Shown one piece after another: positions 49,531 through 57,235 of a stretch of DNA of 64,000 nucleotides; positions within the stretch are counted from its first letter, which is position 1, and each line of letters opens with the position of its first letter. Source of the DNA: a virus (Duplodnaviria > Caudoviricetes); IMG/VR virus record IMGVR_UViG_3300020037_001957, positions 1 through 64,000 of that record. One strand, given 5' to 3'. Under the pieces are notes generated by a model that did not search any database, was not told where the DNA came from, and saw nothing but the letters and a program-made list of their open reading frames with translations. The position numbers and the translations under genes are program-made.

Positions 49531-49823
49531 AACACACTAAAGGAGAATGGGAATATAAGAAATATCCACATTGTACGGCAATTGAAACAACGTTAGAAAA
49601 TGGACAGTCTCACACATTATTCACAGATCAGTTCTGTTATGCGTCAAAGTTTGATGGTTCTAGTGAAGCCAACGCAAAACTAATTGCCGCAGCGCCTGAG
49701 TTATTAGAGGCTTTGAAAAACGCTCGTAATGTATTAGTAATGGCTTCGATGATAGATAAAACTAATTCATGTAATGCTGCTGCTGAAAAGTGTAAAGAAG
49801 CAATAAACAAAGCTACATTATGA
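49527..49823 (+). CDS. Conserved phage hypothetical protein
   Basis: MKHTKGEW...EANAKLIAAAPELLEAL motif. Confidence 0.75.
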   Translation: MKHTKGEWEYKKYPHCTAIETTLENGQSHTLFTDQFCYASKFDGSSEANAKLIAAAPELLEALKNARNVLVMASMIDKTNSCNAAAEKCKEAINKATL

Positions 49824-50140
49824 TACTACCAAGGACAAAGCCCGCGATAAAATTACTAGGTAATGGCTTTCACTCTGTGTTCATTCTTAGTGTATCAGAA
49901 TCAAAGGACTCAACACTTACCTTCAAATTCAAAAACAACAGCGGGCAATCCACCCTTATAATGCCTATAAATACTTACTTACATGAGTTCTTATGTAAAT
50001 TAGGATATATAGCAGGTATTAAAGGGGTGGTTAAATTGTCCGACCTTGTCAACCGCCATATTGATGTTGAAATTGTACAGGGAAGAGTGAGGTGTGTGTA
50101 TAAATATGGACAAAGCCATCCGCCAGTTAAGATTGGATAG
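49820..50140 (+). CDS. Hypothetical protein
   Basis: 106 aa, ATGA-coupled; last gene of the plus-strand early run. Confidence 0.5.
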   Translation: MILPRTKPAIKLLGNGFHSVFILSVSESKDSTLTFKFKNNSGQSTLIMPINTYLHEFLCKLGYIAGIKGVVKLSDLVNRHIDVEIVQGRVRCVYKYGQSHPPVKIG

Positions 50141-50471
50141 GCTGAGATTCAAAGTTGATTACTATTCTCTCCGTTGTATGAATGTTTGAGAATACAGGGT
50201 GAAAGGTGATGGTCCGTGATACCTTACTAAATATTCCCTTCTTCTCTAATCTAAATAATGATGTACTAAATGAGGTTTCCGATATGGCAGCCTCATTTTT
50301 TATTTGCCGCCCGATGTCAGGAGTTAGTGTAATGCTGTTGTTAGTGCTATAATCCAATACAACCGCCAATACCTTCAGCTCAGTATTAGATAATGAAGAG
50401 TTAAAGAATATCTTACAAAGTATCTCAGCCTTCTTCTCAGTGGAAGATTTCATCTTAAATTTCTTTACCAT
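50127..50471 (-). CDS. Winged-helix DNA-binding protein
   Basis: LSNTELKVL..ISETSFSTSLFRLEKKG. Confidence 0.65.
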   Translation of the reverse strand: MVKKFKMKSSTEKKAEILCKIFFNSSLSNTELKVLAVVLDYSTNNSITLTPDIGRQIKNEAAISETSFSTSLFRLEKKGIFSKVSRTITFHPVFSNIHTTERIVINFESQPIQS

Positions 50472-50980
50472 TATCTCTTCTTGGATTTAATCTTATTATT
50501 AATCAGCTCTCTATAAACCATTGTAAATGGAACTATCCATGGAGTGTTAAGAGTGTTGTACTTTTCCATAATCGTTTTATACTCTCCTTTACTTACATAA
50601 TCTGCCCGGTAACTGAGCATAGGCGATAGCATAAACACAGCCGCCTCATTCGTGGGTAAAATATACCCCTGCTCTATCAGGTCCTTAAATATAGCTCTTA
50701 TTGCCTTAATGTCAGTGTTGCCTCTTGTTCCCTTATAAAATTCCTTAGCCGCTGTTATCGTGAATGAATACTGAGTGAGTAGTTCTGAATCGTATTTAAA
50801 GGTGTTGTCAGCCGCCACTTGGTAAACTAGCCATGCTAAAAGTGTGGTGTGTTCGGGCGGCTGATATAAATACAGATTAGTAAAATGCTTTGTTATCACC
50901 CTTGATGTCTTTAATGATGATAAGACAGGGAAATTAGGTAATGATAATGGCTTTATGTTCTCTATCACTTTAACAGGCAT
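50471..50980 (-). CDS. Winged-helix protein, RepL/initiator-like
   Basis: IRAIFKDLIEQGYI..VFMLSPML wing motif. Confidence 0.5.
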   Translation of the reverse strand: MPVKVIENIKPLSLPNFPVLSSLKTSRVITKHFTNLYLYQPPEHTTLLAWLVYQVAADNTFKYDSELLTQYSFTITAAKEFYKGTRGNTDIKAIRAIFKDLIEQGYILPTNEAAVFMLSPMLSYRADYVSKGEYKTIMEKYNTLNTPWIVPFTMVYRELINNKIKSKKR

Positions 50981-50982
50981 AG

Positions 50983-51492
50983 TTATTTGTTAAGGTTTAA
51001 GTGTTTCTCAATAGCTTCTATTCTTTCTTCTAAGGTTTTAGGTGTCGGAGGTTGTACCTCCTCTATGTCTTTAGCGTATTTCCATGTAATTAATATAGTT
51101 TTATGTTCAGCTTCTTCTAATGTCTCTGCATCTCCCCAAGCTAAATAACAGTTATTCTTCTCCATAAACACAACACGTTTATCCCAAAAAACACAATCTT
51201 CACTCACCATCATTACTTTAGGGTATTTAGATTCGGCGGATGAAGACTTAGGGTATTTAGCAAAGAATACATCGAATTTTTTATTAACAATAACATCAGT
51301 CCAAAAAACATTTTCATCGTCCGTATCTGCCCATCTAAACCCTCCTTCCTGTTTTAAAGACGTTAAATCTATCTCAAAGACTTCAACATTCTCAGGATTT
51401 CCTTGCTTTACTTGTTCTTCAAGCATTTTAGCTATCACCTCTTTAGGGAAGCCTTCTAATTCTCCTTTAGGAGTGTAATTGTCTAAATTCAT
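50983..51492 (-). CDS. Hypothetical protein
   Basis: FPKEVIAKMLEEQVKQGNP..GGFRW motif. Confidence 0.65.
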   Translation of the reverse strand: MNLDNYTPKGELEGFPKEVIAKMLEEQVKQGNPENVEVFEIDLTSLKQEGGFRWADTDDENVFWTDVIVNKKFDVFFAKYPKSSSAESKYPKVMMVSEDCVFWDKRVVFMEKNNCYLAWGDAETLEEAEHKTILITWKYAKDIEEVQPPTPKTLEERIEAIEKHLNLNK

Positions 51493-51497
51493 AGTGT

Positions 51498-51794
51498 TTA
51501 GTTTTTAAGTTGTGATTTACGCTCTTCTGCCATTTTCTCTAATTTCTCTTGAAACTTAGATTTTTTAGGGGCAAGTTTGGAGGCTTCAATTTCCTCTTTA
51601 GCCTCAGTGATAGCCGCTATAAAAAGAAATACAATAGCTATTACACCACAGATTAATATCATCCATACACTCCACCAATTAAACTCCTTATCCTTCACTA
51701 AATAAAGAATAAACTCTACAACCGCCCACACACAACTGGCGGCTGAACCAAAATAGGATATAAGTCCTAATGCTAATGTTATTAATTTTTTCAT
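51498..51794 (-). CDS. Two-TM membrane protein
   Basis: Two hydrophobic helices and a charged tail; downstream of an ECF-like promoter. Confidence 0.65.
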   Translation of the reverse strand: MKKLITLALGLISYFGSAASCVWAVVEFILYLVKDKEFNWWSVWMILICGVIAIVFLFIAAITEAKEEIEASKLAPKKSKFQEKLEKMAEERKSQLKN

Positions 51795-51840
51795 TAATTT
51801 CTAGTTTTAATTCGGCAGCTGAATTACCACCTACCCCTCT

Positions 51841-51869
51841 TTTACGTTAAGAGAGATAATAAGGTTGCA
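51841..51869 (-). promoter_or_regulatory. ECF-sigma-like promoter
   Basis: Minus strand TGCAACC-N16-CGTAAA. Confidence 0.5.
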
Positions 51870-51871
51870 GA

Positions 51872-52165
51872 TTATTTAATAAATTCTGATTTAACATCTC
51901 TGTGACCAAACAACTTATTTTTATGCAAGTGAGGAATAAGCGGCTTAATCTCTTCGGGAGTTAGTTCCTTGTACTTAAACCCCTCCTTCTCCCAAAAAAC
52001 TTCGGTATTAAACATTGATGTTATACAAGTTGGATTCTTACCGTCCGAAACTTTCAACATAAAAAGCCATGAAGGCGCAAGTATATCCCCTTCTTTAAGA
52101 GTTCTTCCGTTTTCAGAAGATAAGCAGTCTCTACCGCCAATAATTACTTTATACAATTTAATCAT
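51872..52165 (-). CDS. Hypothetical protein
   Basis: 97 aa ORF. Confidence 0.5.
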   Translation of the reverse strand: MIKLYKVIIGGRDCLSSENGRTLKEGDILAPSWLFMLKVSDGKNPTCITSMFNTEVFWEKEGFKYKELTPEEIKPLIPHLHKNKLFGHRDVKSEFIK

Positions 52166-52270
52166 ACCAAGTTATACGTTACTAACTCTACTAAGATTTC
52201 ATTCCTCAATGGGAAATGGTAGCTTCGCTAAGGAAGTTTGCATGATAACGTTTCATTTTCTTTGCATACC

Positions 52271-53014
52271 CTAAAAAATATATTGATTACACTCAGTTTT
52301 ATAGATACACCCGTCTTTATAATAGAACCCGCCGTAATTCAAAGCAGCCTTTATTATCAATGGATTTCTAGTAGCCTTAACAAAGGTTCTTAATCCTCCA
52401 AGACATAAAACATCCCCATTATTTTTGAATGAGGTGATTATACCATGAGCCGAAGCTACACTACATTTAAACATCTTAGAGAAATAAAGCATTGAAATCT
52501 TTAGTTGGTCGTTTTCGGTAGGTAAAGAACTTTGTTTAACACCAATCTTTTTTAATAGCTTTTTAGCTTTAGTAAAAGATTTAGTGTCGCTTGCATGAAG
52601 AATGTCCCTTCCAACTGTTTTCAATGTATTAAAACTGTCTTGTAATGATTGTAGTATTTTTAGGCGTAGATTATAAACTATCTCTTTAACCTTGCCTTGA
52701 GTTGATATTTCTAAGTATATGAGTCTTTTTTCCTTGTTATCATCAATATTCTTTAGCTTGTTGAATATTAGATTATCTGCCGACATACGACACCAACCTA
52801 ATTCTAAGAATAATGATACGTGTTTTTTGGCGGATGACCTGCTTATCCCAAACTTCTCAGATAATTTCTTTTGCGAATAAGAATAGATACAGGAATTACG
52901 GTATTTAGATTTAAGATAAAGAAACATTGCATATTCTTTAAGAAACCCTTGTTCAGCTAATTCTTTAGCATGAACAACATTAATAAGCAATTCTCTTTTC
53001 TTTTTAAATACCAT
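52271..53014 (-). CDS. Protein with two winged-helix-like domains (regulator or replication initiator candidate)
   Basis: YSQKKLSEKFGISRSSAKKHVSLFLELGW and ISMLYFSKMFKCSVASAHGIITSFKNNG. Confidence 0.65.
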   Translation of the reverse strand: MVFKKKRELLINVVHAKELAEQGFLKEYAMFLYLKSKYRNSCIYSYSQKKLSEKFGISRSSAKKHVSLFLELGWCRMSADNLIFNKLKNIDDNKEKRLIYLEISTQGKVKEIVYNLRLKILQSLQDSFNTLKTVGRDILHASDTKSFTKAKKLLKKIGVKQSSLPTENDQLKISMLYFSKMFKCSVASAHGIITSFKNNGDVLCLGGLRTFVKATRNPLIIKAALNYGGFYYKDGCIYKTECNQYIF

Positions 53015-53018
53015 TTCC

Positions 53019-53069
53019 TTACAAACTTGTGACGAAATTTCATTTTGTTATTTCCTTACAAACTTGTGA
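53019..53069. promoter_or_regulatory. Paired operator-like sites 6
   Basis: TTTCCTTACAAACTTGTGA occurs twice; cores at 53019-53032 and 53056-53069 (37 bp period), 4 bp from ATG 53014. Confidence 0.8.
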
Positions 53070-53159
53070 TGGAAATGTCCTAAAATGCAAAACCCGACCA
53101 AATTACTTTAGTCGGATTTAAAAATGGTGGGTTTTGCCGGGCATTACCCCTTGAGAACA

Positions 53160-53191
53160 CAAAGATACAAATATTTTAATTACCGACTAAA
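53160..53191 (-). promoter_or_regulatory. Bacteroidota sigma70-type promoter flanked by 13-bp inverted repeats
   Basis: TTTA-N20-TATCTTTG on minus; inverted repeats at 53103-53115 and 53183-53195. Confidence 0.6.
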
Positions 53192-53257
53192 GTAACTCTT
53201 TCACAAATATAATGAGTATTTATTAATATTCGACATACAACTTAATAATTTAACAAT

Positions 53258-53650
53258 TTATTTGTCAGCCGCCGAAGGATTTTCGTAAATATTACCTATT
53301 ACTTCACAATTATCAAAGTTTAAAACATAAGTTTCGCCTATTGATTTTGGTATAAATGAGCCTAATTGATAAGTGACAACCGCCCGATGTTCTTTTTTCT
53401 TGAATGATTTTGAACTAAATAAGGCTTGGCATATTAAAATATCCCCCTCATAAATATCCTTGCCGTTCTTGTCATTTCGCCCTATATACTCCATAAAAAC
53501 CTTATCAGAGTCTTTCAAGTATTGATTGATAATACCAAGAACAGAGCCTTTAACGCCATCCCAATAGTCTATATCCTGACTTAATTGCTTTTCAGGCAGC
53601 TCCATTTTCTTATAATCAGCGTGCCACACTCTAAATTTTATTTCTCTCAT
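53258..53650 (-). CDS. YopX family protein
   Basis: MREIKFRVW..MEYIGRNDKNGKDIYEGDI..EVIGNIYENP. Confidence 0.9.
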   Translation of the reverse strand: MREIKFRVWHADYKKMELPEKQLSQDIDYWDGVKGSVLGIINQYLKDSDKVFMEYIGRNDKNGKDIYEGDILICQALFSSKSFKKKEHRAVVTYQLGSFIPKSIGETYVLNFDNCEVIGNIYENPSAADK

Positions 53651-53652
53651 AA

Positions 53653-53838
53653 TTACATACGTTTATACTCGATTTCTATCTGTTTTAATAACACTCCATT
53701 CCTTTCATTACGAAGATTATCTTCTCTTTCAATGTGCTGATATAGCATCTTTACAGCTATTTTAAACAGCCGCCGAATATCTTTATCCTCCACCTTATCC
53801 ACATCGTGTCCCATAAATACAAGTCTTTTCTCTTCCAT
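53653..53838 (-). CDS. Hypothetical protein
   Basis: 61 aa; ends IEYKRM, as does its neighbour. Confidence 0.55.
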   Translation of the reverse strand: MEEKRLVFMGHDVDKVEDKDIRRLFKIAVKMLYQHIEREDNLRNERNGVLLKQIEIEYKRM

Positions 53839-53840
53839 AA

Positions 53841-54125
53841 TTACATACGTTTATATTCTATTCCTACACTTTCTATTTCTTCAACCGCCAATCTCACAGC
53901 GTCCGATAAGGCGAATAAATCTAAGCCTAAAGGGATATTCTCATGCCCCCATTCATATTCTGTGTCTTTAGCTGTTTGAGGGTCGGGGTCACTATCCACC
54001 ACCTCGGCGGCTATGTATTCAATCATTATCTGATTATCATCCACCGTCACTTTATAATGTCTATCCTTATCTCCTAAAGCGTGGCACAATGCTTTCACTA
54101 CTAATTTAATCTCGCTATTTGTCAT
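53841..54125 (-). CDS. Hypothetical protein
   Basis: 94 aa; ends IEYKRM. Confidence 0.55.
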   Translation of the reverse strand: MTNSEIKLVVKALCHALGDKDRHYKVTVDDNQIMIEYIAAEVVDSDPDPQTAKDTEYEWGHENIPLGLDLFALSDAVRLAVEEIESVGIEYKRM

Positions 54126-54126
54126 G

Positions 54127-54333
54127 TTACTTGTCGTTAATGATTATTAGTGAATTTTTAAGATACAGTGACGTAAATATAATTCGGCACTTACTATCGG
54201 TGTAGTCTATTGTAGAAGAAGAAGCGTGGTCATTAAGGCAATCAAACAAAGCTTTTACAAACTTATCCGAATCATCTTCTTTTAAAATGTTTAAAATTGT
54301 CTTTTTACTACCGTTGTTTATCTCTATTTTCAT
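54127..54333 (-). CDS. Hypothetical protein
   Basis: 68 aa ORF. Confidence 0.5.
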   Translation of the reverse strand: MKIEINNGSKKTILNILKEDDSDKFVKALFDCLNDHASSSTIDYTDSKCRIIFTSLYLKNSLIIINDK

Positions 54334-54334
54334 C

Positions 54335-54466
54335 TTATTTATTGTTTTTAATTCTTAAATAATCAAGGTATAGTTCTAAGTTGAACGTCCCTCCTTTTGT
54401 ATCTCCGTGTGCTGATAGCCACCACGACTCCATGTAGGCTATGTTAATTGCGTTTATTGGATTCAT
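54335..54466 (-). CDS. Small hypothetical protein (43 aa, not in the ORF track)
   Basis: Hand translation MNPINAINIAYMESWWLSAHGDTKGGTFNLELYLDYLRIKNNK; leader AAAACCAATAAA. Confidence 0.45.
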   Translation of the reverse strand: MNPINAINIAYMESWWLSAHGDTKGGTFNLELYLDYLRIKNNK

Positions 54467-54677
54467 TTTATTGGTTTTTAAAATTGATTCTGTTGTTTAT
54501 ACTAACATTCAAGCCGAAAGGTTGCGCTAAAACACCTTAAAAACCATTTTAAATTCATTATATAGGCAAATCAAATAATTGATACCCTCTGAAATAAATT
54601 ATCGTCTATTATCATCGGGGCTAATTTAGTGATAAATCAATTCAAAATCCACTATTCTTATTTATTCTCTTAATTGT

Positions 54678-54709
54678 TTTGGAGTTTACTTTATTAATAG
54701 ATACATTTG
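54678..54709 (+). promoter_or_regulatory. Canonical Bacteroidota sigma70 promoter
   Basis: TTTG (54678-54681)-N20-TACATTTG (54702-54709). Confidence 0.75.
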
Positions 54710-54714
54710 TATAA

Positions 54715-54809
54715 CCAAAAGCTCCGTGGTTGGAAAGCTAAAGTGGTTGTTTTCATAAATTGGTTTAAAAAGTAACAAAGCTGCGGTGAATCTGCGGCTT
54801 TTTGCTTTT
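54715..54809 (+). ncRNA. Candidate small regulatory RNA (about 95 nt)
   Basis: Lies between the promoter above and a terminator AAAGCTGCGG/CTGCGGCTTT plus T-runs (54777-54809); no sense ORF. Confidence 0.5.
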
Positions 54810-54821
54810 AACAAATCTTTT

Positions 54822-54850
54822 TGCAACCTTTACCCCATCCCTATCGTTAA
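54822..54850 (+). promoter_or_regulatory. ECF-sigma-like promoter of the rightward replication arm
   Basis: TGCAACC-N16-CGTTAA. Confidence 0.55.
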
Positions 54851-54870
54851 ACTATAAAAACCAACTAACC

Positions 54871-55092
54871 ATGAAATATAGAATTAAAGTAATAACCTAC
54901 GCCAACGGAAGAAAAGAACACTTTGCTCAGTTTAAAACCTTTTGGGGATGGCGATATTTAGGAATCGACGGAGACATCCACCCATCGCCTGTTGCACAAG
55001 ATAACAGAGACCATTCTTTAAGAAGAATAGACAAGCATTTTAATGGTAACGCTAAGCATCAAACAATTGAATTTGAATACATAAACAAATAG
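54871..55092 (+). CDS. Hypothetical protein (ATG 54871 preferred)
   Basis: MKYRIKVITYANGRKEHFAQFKTFWGWRYL motif. Confidence 0.65.
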   Translation: MKYRIKVITYANGRKEHFAQFKTFWGWRYLGIDGDIHPSPVAQDNRDHSLRRIDKHFNGNAKHQTIEFEYINK

Positions 55093-55095
55093 CCT

Positions 55096-55299
55096 ATGCC
55101 ATCAAAAGACGAAATCATTGAGCAATTAGAATCCCTTATCTTGAGAAGAAACCAAGAATTAGGGGACGCGAGAATAACCGCAGTTAACCTATCAGCAGAC
55201 AACATGAGTCTAAACAACATCGTGGACAACTTGCGCGCTGAAATAGAAGAGAAAGACAAACAAATAGCCCTCCTTAACGCCTTAAATAAACCACTATGA
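55096..55299 (+). CDS. Small coiled-coil protein
   Basis: 67 aa heptad pattern. Confidence 0.55.
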   Translation: MPSKDEIIEQLESLILRRNQELGDARITAVNLSADNMSLNNIVDNLRAEIEEKDKQIALLNALNKPL

Positions 55300-55595
55300 T
55301 AGAAACATTAACATTAGCAGTATTAGCAGTAATCTTAGGATTCATATTAAATAAGCAGCAAAATAAAATAGAGGACCTTGAGTCAAAAACAAGATGCTTA
55401 CTCACCGAAGTTTCCATACTACAATTTGTACTAAGTAATCCTAGGAAATACAATACGGGCGATAGAATAGAAGAAGACGATTGCCATGGAACAGTTGTAA
55501 GTTGTGAAGTTGAATTTACCGCAGGAAGAAAAAAAGGTTATGAATGGCACGTTACTTATATTGATGATAACAAAATTAAACACCTATACCTATGA
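55296..55595 (+). CDS. Membrane-anchored hypothetical protein
   Basis: N-terminal TM segment. Confidence 0.55.
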   Translation: MIETLTLAVLAVILGFILNKQQNKIEDLESKTRCLLTEVSILQFVLSNPRKYNTGDRIEEDDCHGTVVSCEVEFTAGRKKGYEWHVTYIDDNKIKHLYL

Positions 55596-55849
55596 GAAAA
55601 TCTGACTTACCATCCCGCGAAGACCCCGAATACATGGATGAACTTGAAAAAATGCCACGCAACGTCATTTACTTTCTTGGTATATTCATTCTATCAGCCG
55701 TGTTTATTTACTGCGCCTACTTAATGATGGGAGCTTTAAATCTTATTGTTTCATTATTAGTGATAGGTTCAATATTTGTACTATTTTTGTATATCAGAAA
55801 AGGAATATTAACCGCCCGTAAAAACAATAAAAATGGGAGAATATCTTAG
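55592..55849 (+). CDS. Two-TM membrane protein
   Basis: Two hydrophobic helices. Confidence 0.6.
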   Translation: MRKSDLPSREDPEYMDELEKMPRNVIYFLGIFILSAVFIYCAYLMMGALNLIVSLLVIGSIFVLFLYIRKGILTARKNNKNGRIS

Positions 55850-55996
55850 ACCGCCTTACAAAAAGCTAAACAGGGAAACAGGTAAATGGGAGTTAGTAAC
55901 CCCAACGCCTGTTGAATTTACCACCGAAAAGGACGTATTCAGGGCAGTTGACGTTAAAACCATAGGAGTTCACAAGAAAACTAAAAAACCAAAGAA

Positions 55997-56386
55997 ATGA
56001 GAGAAATTGAAGGAACAATTAAGTACAAGATTACCGTGGATGAGAAAACAGGGTGGCATTTAGAATACACCCAAAGCTCAGAGAACGACTTAGCAGTAAT
56101 GGCTATCGGTCAGCAGCTTATGGAATACTCAGAGCAACACTTTGAAGAAACTCTCAAAGACCAATCTCTTTCAACCAAAAGCAAGACATTCTTTAAAGGG
56201 AGACTTACCAAGGTACGGGCAGCTAAATTTGGATTACAACTCATGTGTAGCTATTTAATGTCTGTTATTGATGAATACCATGCTTTTGTGGCTGATAACA
56301 AGAAACAACAAGAACCCGCCCCTCTCACCGAGAAAGAACAGAAAGCTATTTTGGAGATGATGGGTAAAATGGAAGGTAAGGCGTGA
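55997..56386 (+). CDS. Hypothetical protein
   Basis: 129 aa ORF. Confidence 0.6.
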   Translation: MREIEGTIKYKITVDEKTGWHLEYTQSSENDLAVMAIGQQLMEYSEQHFEETLKDQSLSTKSKTFFKGRLTKVRAAKFGLQLMCSYLMSVIDEYHAFVADNKKQQEPAPLTEKEQKAILEMMGKMEGKA

Positions 56387-56754
56387 GATTCGACTTACAT
56401 TCTCAAATGATTTTAGCAGAGCTTAAAAACCTCTACGACACAGACGGAAGCTATGGCACTTACCCCACACTGTATGATTTTTTAGTGAAAGAGGAGCATG
56501 ACTTCGGGATAAGTGATGAGAGGAAAGGGGAGCTGTGGAAGAAATCAGTGGCTAAATTTAATTTGAATGAGAAGAGAATTATAGCCATTTGGGAGAAGGA
56601 AGCGTTAACAAAGAGATTGCATGATTATTACAAATCATCTTTGGCGGCTGAATATTTACTCAGAGTAAAGAATGAAACAGGAATGACATTAGACATTAAG
56701 GATGAACAAGGAAACAAACTTTCTCTACTCACTCCGAAACCTTACGAAGAATAA
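56383..56754 (+). CDS. Hypothetical protein (GTG start)
   Basis: 123 aa, GTGA-coupled. Confidence 0.55.
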   Translation: MRFDLHSQMILAELKNLYDTDGSYGTYPTLYDFLVKEEHDFGISDERKGELWKKSVAKFNLNEKRIIAIWEKEALTKRLHDYYKSSLAAEYLLRVKNETGMTLDIKDEQGNKLSLLTPKPYEE

Positions 56755-56769
56755 TGCGTATAAAGTGGT

Positions 56770-56907
56770 AGATAACGTTTTGCAGCTACCAGAAGGGCGG
56801 GATTTTAACAACAAAATAAACTTAGAAAGATGAACAATAATTTAACCACAAATGCTTCTAACGAAGCCGAAAGACCCGCCTTTTTGGTAGGTGCTGTTAT
56901 AGGTAGT
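56770..56907 (+). repeat. attC-like hairpin A
   Basis: ATAAC-GTTTT-GCAGCTACCAGAAGGGCGGG ... CCCGCCTTTTTGGTAGGTGC-T-GTTAT long imperfect inverted repeat; the loop contains ATG 56830. Confidence 0.75.
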
Positions 56908-57090
56908 ATTTTTAGGTGGGGTTTCAGAATTATAAACTGGAATCACTTTAGGATAAAAGCACATAATGGCAAACCAAGAATAAAGCGGATAATTAAATTG
57001 AAAGGATTTAGAACGGCTTTGATTGAAGAATATAATGGTAACAGATGTACTTCTCGTTTTTACTGGCGGGTCGGCAAATATTACCTATAA
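56830..57090 (+). CDS. Cassette 1 protein (leader from hairpin A fused to the cassette body)
   Basis: Codon 23 (GTT) lies at the putative crossover 56896; the TAA stop lies inside the TAAC of hairpin B. Confidence 0.6.
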   Translation: MNNNLTTNASNEAERPAFLVGAVIGSIFRWGFRIINWNHFRIKAHNGKPRIKRIIKLKGFRTALIEEYNGNRCTSRFYWRVGKYYL

Positions 57091-57235
57091 CGGTTTGCGG
57101 CTAAACTCTCGTTATTTTTAAACACTAAAAACTAAATAATATGGCAGGAATTAATTTTACAGATGAACGTGAATATGCACCTAAACTCAAATTTAAAAAT
57201 AATGGAGTTTTAGCTGCTGTTATAAGTTCGGTTTG
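57080..57235 (+). repeat. attC-like hairpin B
   Basis: ATAAC-GGTTT-GCGGCTAAACTCTCGTTATTTTTAAA ... TTTAAAAATAATGGAGTTTTAGCTGC-T-GTTAT; the loop contains ATG 57141. Confidence 0.75.

Noticed and set aside
11624-53069. 37-bp-period repeat pairs read as mini-CRISPR or TIGR arrays
   Set aside because: Each locus has only two copies, the spacers are short and AT-rich, the sites are dispersed at gene starts, and no Cas or Nop-domain (Tas) protein is recognisable. An operator explanation fits better.
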